From a virus (taxonomy: Duplodnaviria; Caudoviricetes), in IMG/VR virus record IMGVR_UViG_3300050330_000094, positions 1 to 27,061 of that record: DNA of 27,061 nt, one strand, 5' to 3'. The notes under the pieces are model-generated. The model saw only the letters and a program-made list of their open reading frames with translations. It searched no databases and was not told where the DNA came from. Below, in pieces: positions 25,095-27,061 of this stretch (positions are counted from its first letter, which is position 1; every line of letters begins with the position of its first letter). The translations under genes were made by a program, and so were the position numbers.

Positions 25095-25553
25095 ATGATC
25101 TCCATCGAACACCGCCTTGGCCAACTCACCATCGCTGTCACCATGAACCGAACCGACAGTGGGATCGCCCGCACCGCGCAGGTCACGCCTGCGGGAGTGA
25201 CGGTCGTCATCGGAGATGGGGGGTGGAATCCTGCGGCACTCACGCTACGTTGTCGGGTGTCCCATGCCTCGAGCAGCAGTCCCGGTGACGCGGCCCTCCT
25301 GGCGCTCGAGGAACTGATCTCAGCAGCTCGAGGTGCGACTGCGCTTCACCACCTGAGTCCAGGGGGACCGCACACCACCTACGTTTTGGGGCTTCGGAGC
25401 GTGAGGCGGCGCCTGCGCGGAACATGGTGGGAAGTCGAGCTGGTGTTCCTGCCCCGGCGATTGGTAGGGAACCGTGGCACCGGAGAAGCGGTAACGGTGA
25501 GTGGCCAGGCGCTATCACTCAACGACTTGCCGGTCACATTGGAGGTGATCTGA
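25095..25553 (+). CDS. Distal-tail-like protein (152 aa)
   Basis: Size, position and GDG..NP..LTL...ALLALEEL...WEVELVFLP pattern. Confidence 0.55.
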   Translation: MISIEHRLGQLTIAVTMNRTDSGIARTAQVTPAGVTVVIGDGGWNPAALTLRCRVSHASSSSPGDAALLALEELISAARGATALHHLSPGGPHTTYVLGLRSVRRRLRGTWWEVELVFLPRRLVGNRGTGEAVTVSGQALSLNDLPVTLEVI

Positions 25554-25964
25554 ATGCCCGAATGGTTGAACACAGGCAACGTGAAGTGGCGCCTCGACAC
25601 GAACGGCAACATCATCACCGACGCAGACGAAGGCGAATCTGGATTGACAGGCGGTGGTTATTGGTACCGATTCGCGAGTGGTCTGCAGATTTGCGCTGCC
25701 CACGTCGCGCTGCCCTTCTTTGACGCGGACATGTTCCGCGCAATCTGGACCTACCCGCAGCCGTTCCTAACTGGAGTGATCCTCACCTGTTCCGTGCGGA
25801 ACGTATCAAGCGGCGCGATTATTCAAAACCTAGGCACCACTAGGGCCATCACGGTGGACGGGGCAACGGGCGACCTGCGAGTCTACCGCGTAACTGGTGC
25901 TCCCAACTTCACCGTCTCCGACAGCGTCAGCGTCTTTGCCCACGCTATTGGTCTCTGGAAATGA
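25554..25964 (+). CDS. Tail-fibre-associated gp53-like domain protein (136 aa)
   Basis: GGAGGT RBS; GYWYRFASGLQIC...WTYPQPF...AIGLWK typical of tail-fibre C-terminal domains. Confidence 0.7.
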   Translation: MPEWLNTGNVKWRLDTNGNIITDADEGESGLTGGGYWYRFASGLQICAAHVALPFFDADMFRAIWTYPQPFLTGVILTCSVRNVSSGAIIQNLGTTRAITVDGATGDLRVYRVTGAPNFTVSDSVSVFAHAIGLWK

Positions 25965-27061
25965 GTCTCCCCGAAAAGGCGCGCGTAACGTTACGCTTTG
26001 ATGACGGATTCCTAGACATATTCACCAACGCGAAGCCCATCATGGACTCCGCCGGCTTCGTGGGAACGTCATTCATCGTCACGGATTGGGCGAACACCAG
26101 CGGCCATATGTCCACCGCCCAACTTCAAGCGCTACAGTCGGCCGGATGGGAAATTGGAAGTCACTCCGTCACGCACGTGACCCTCACCACGGTGAACGAA
26201 GCGCGGCAGATTGACGAGCTGGAGGACAGCAAGAGCATCCTGGAATCGTGGGGCTTGAATATCAGGAGCTTCGCTCCACCCGCCAACGGTTGGAACTCCG
26301 CTCTTGCGGTGTTGGCGCAAAATGCCGGCTACGAGAGCGTCAGCACCGGCTACATGGGGAGTCCGCCCTATTACCAGGCGTGGCCACCCGCCGATCTGTA
26401 CGACATGAAGCGCGGCCCCAGCATCAACAGCATCGCCCACACGGCCGCGGACGTGCTGGGGTGGGTAGACACCGCCATAAGCGCGAAGGAATGGCAGATC
26501 CTCCTTTTCCACAACGTGCGGGATGCCGTCGACAACTACTCCACCAACCTGGCGATGTTCCAAGACATTGTCGGCGGCCTCAAATCCCGCGTGATCAACG
26601 GCGACCTCGAGATTGTTACGCAGCATGGGGCGCTTCAGCTACCTCCCACGCCCGAGGAGCCGGTGCTGCCGCTCCCCTCGCCCCTAGGAACCATCGCGTT
26701 GAGAGGCCCCTCAGGAGTCCACACCCTAGCTAGAGCGAGGTTAAGTGACGCCGTCGCAGAGTACGATGTTGACGCGTTCCGCAGTCCGTTCGGGACGAAG
26801 GCGCATAGGGTCGGAACGACGCAACCCCTGAGCCCAATTCGCCAGATATCCGGGGTGATAGAGCGAGCCGACATCGACGCGGCCGCCGACGCACTGGCCG
26901 CGTTGCTGCACGATCTGCCTGCCCTCGACAGAATGGGGATAGGGATCTGGACGGCCAAGGTCAACGGCGCCGCTGGCGCCGTTGTGGTGACCCCAACACT
27001 TCGAGGATGGAGCGTGACCTTCGGGCTCGTCGAGACCGTCGGTCCCTGGGTGATGGACTAG
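25961..27061 (+). CDS. Polysaccharide deacetylase (NodB/CE4) domain fused to a probable tail structural domain (366 aa; TAG at 27059-27061)
   Basis: LRFDDG, GWEIGSHSVTH, SFAPP, ILLFH motifs; Pro-rich linker; ATGA overlap. Confidence 0.85.
   Translation: MSLPEKARVTLRFDDGFLDIFTNAKPIMDSAGFVGTSFIVTDWANTSGHMSTAQLQALQSAGWEIGSHSVTHVTLTTVNEARQIDELEDSKSILESWGLNIRSFAPPANGWNSALAVLAQNAGYESVSTGYMGSPPYYQAWPPADLYDMKRGPSINSIAHTAADVLGWVDTAISAKEWQILLFHNVRDAVDNYSTNLAMFQDIVGGLKSRVINGDLEIVTQHGALQLPPTPEEPVLPLPSPLGTIALRGPSGVHTLARARLSDAVAEYDVDAFRSPFGTKAHRVGTTQPLSPIRQISGVIERADIDAAADALAALLHDLPALDRMGIGIWTAKVNGAAGAVVVTPTLRGWSVTFGLVETVGPWVMD

Larger units (their letters stand above)
1..27061 (+). mobile_element. Temperate siphovirus-type (pro)phage segment with Mu-like head/packaging genes; extends beyond both window edges
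   Basis: Ordered lysis, terminase, portal, protease, capsid, connector, tail tube, chaperone, tape measure and tail-tip genes on +; no tail sheath seen. Confidence 0.95.

Noticed and set aside
1-27061. CRISPR array, tRNA/rRNA, diversity-generating retroelement, invertible segment, transposase or att/Mu ends
   Set aside because: No spaced repeat array, cloverleaf, reverse transcriptase, recombinase or DDE motifs seen; whether the phage is transposable cannot be decided from this window

Overview
High-GC temperate (pro)phage segment; no integrase, transposase or genome end lies in the window. Left to right: (1) 1-3830, the end of a + strand early/middle operon of small, translationally coupled hypothetical genes, closed by a terminator; (2) ~3890-7160, a visibly more AT-rich, terminator-bounded accessory (moron) cassette. 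Its - strand carries an XRE-HTH regulator, an ImmA/IrrE-family HEXXH metallopeptidase, a small ORF and an SDH-family ClpP-fold serine protease. Its + strand carries two small basic ORFs, one missed by the ORF track and apparently starting at a non-canonical ATC/ACG codon; (3) 7255-9850, a sigma70-type late promoter with a structured leader and a lysis cassette in which the amidase runs in frame into a holin-like membrane protein; (4) 9860-18600, a Mu-like packaging/head module (gp27-like, gp28 terminase, gp29 portal, gpF, protease I with nested scaffold, gp36, gpG) with a non-Mu HK97-type major capsid; (5) 18600-27061, a non-contractile tail module (tube, chaperone with probable +1 frameshift, tape measure, tail-tip proteins, and a polysaccharide deacetylase fused to a probable tail domain). 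A Deinococcota-like host is suggested only weakly (leaderless promoter, AFAQ/AYAQ signal peptides). The best candidate for an undescribed system is the two-protease cassette at 3900-7160. Family assignments come from motif recognition by eye; no searches were run.
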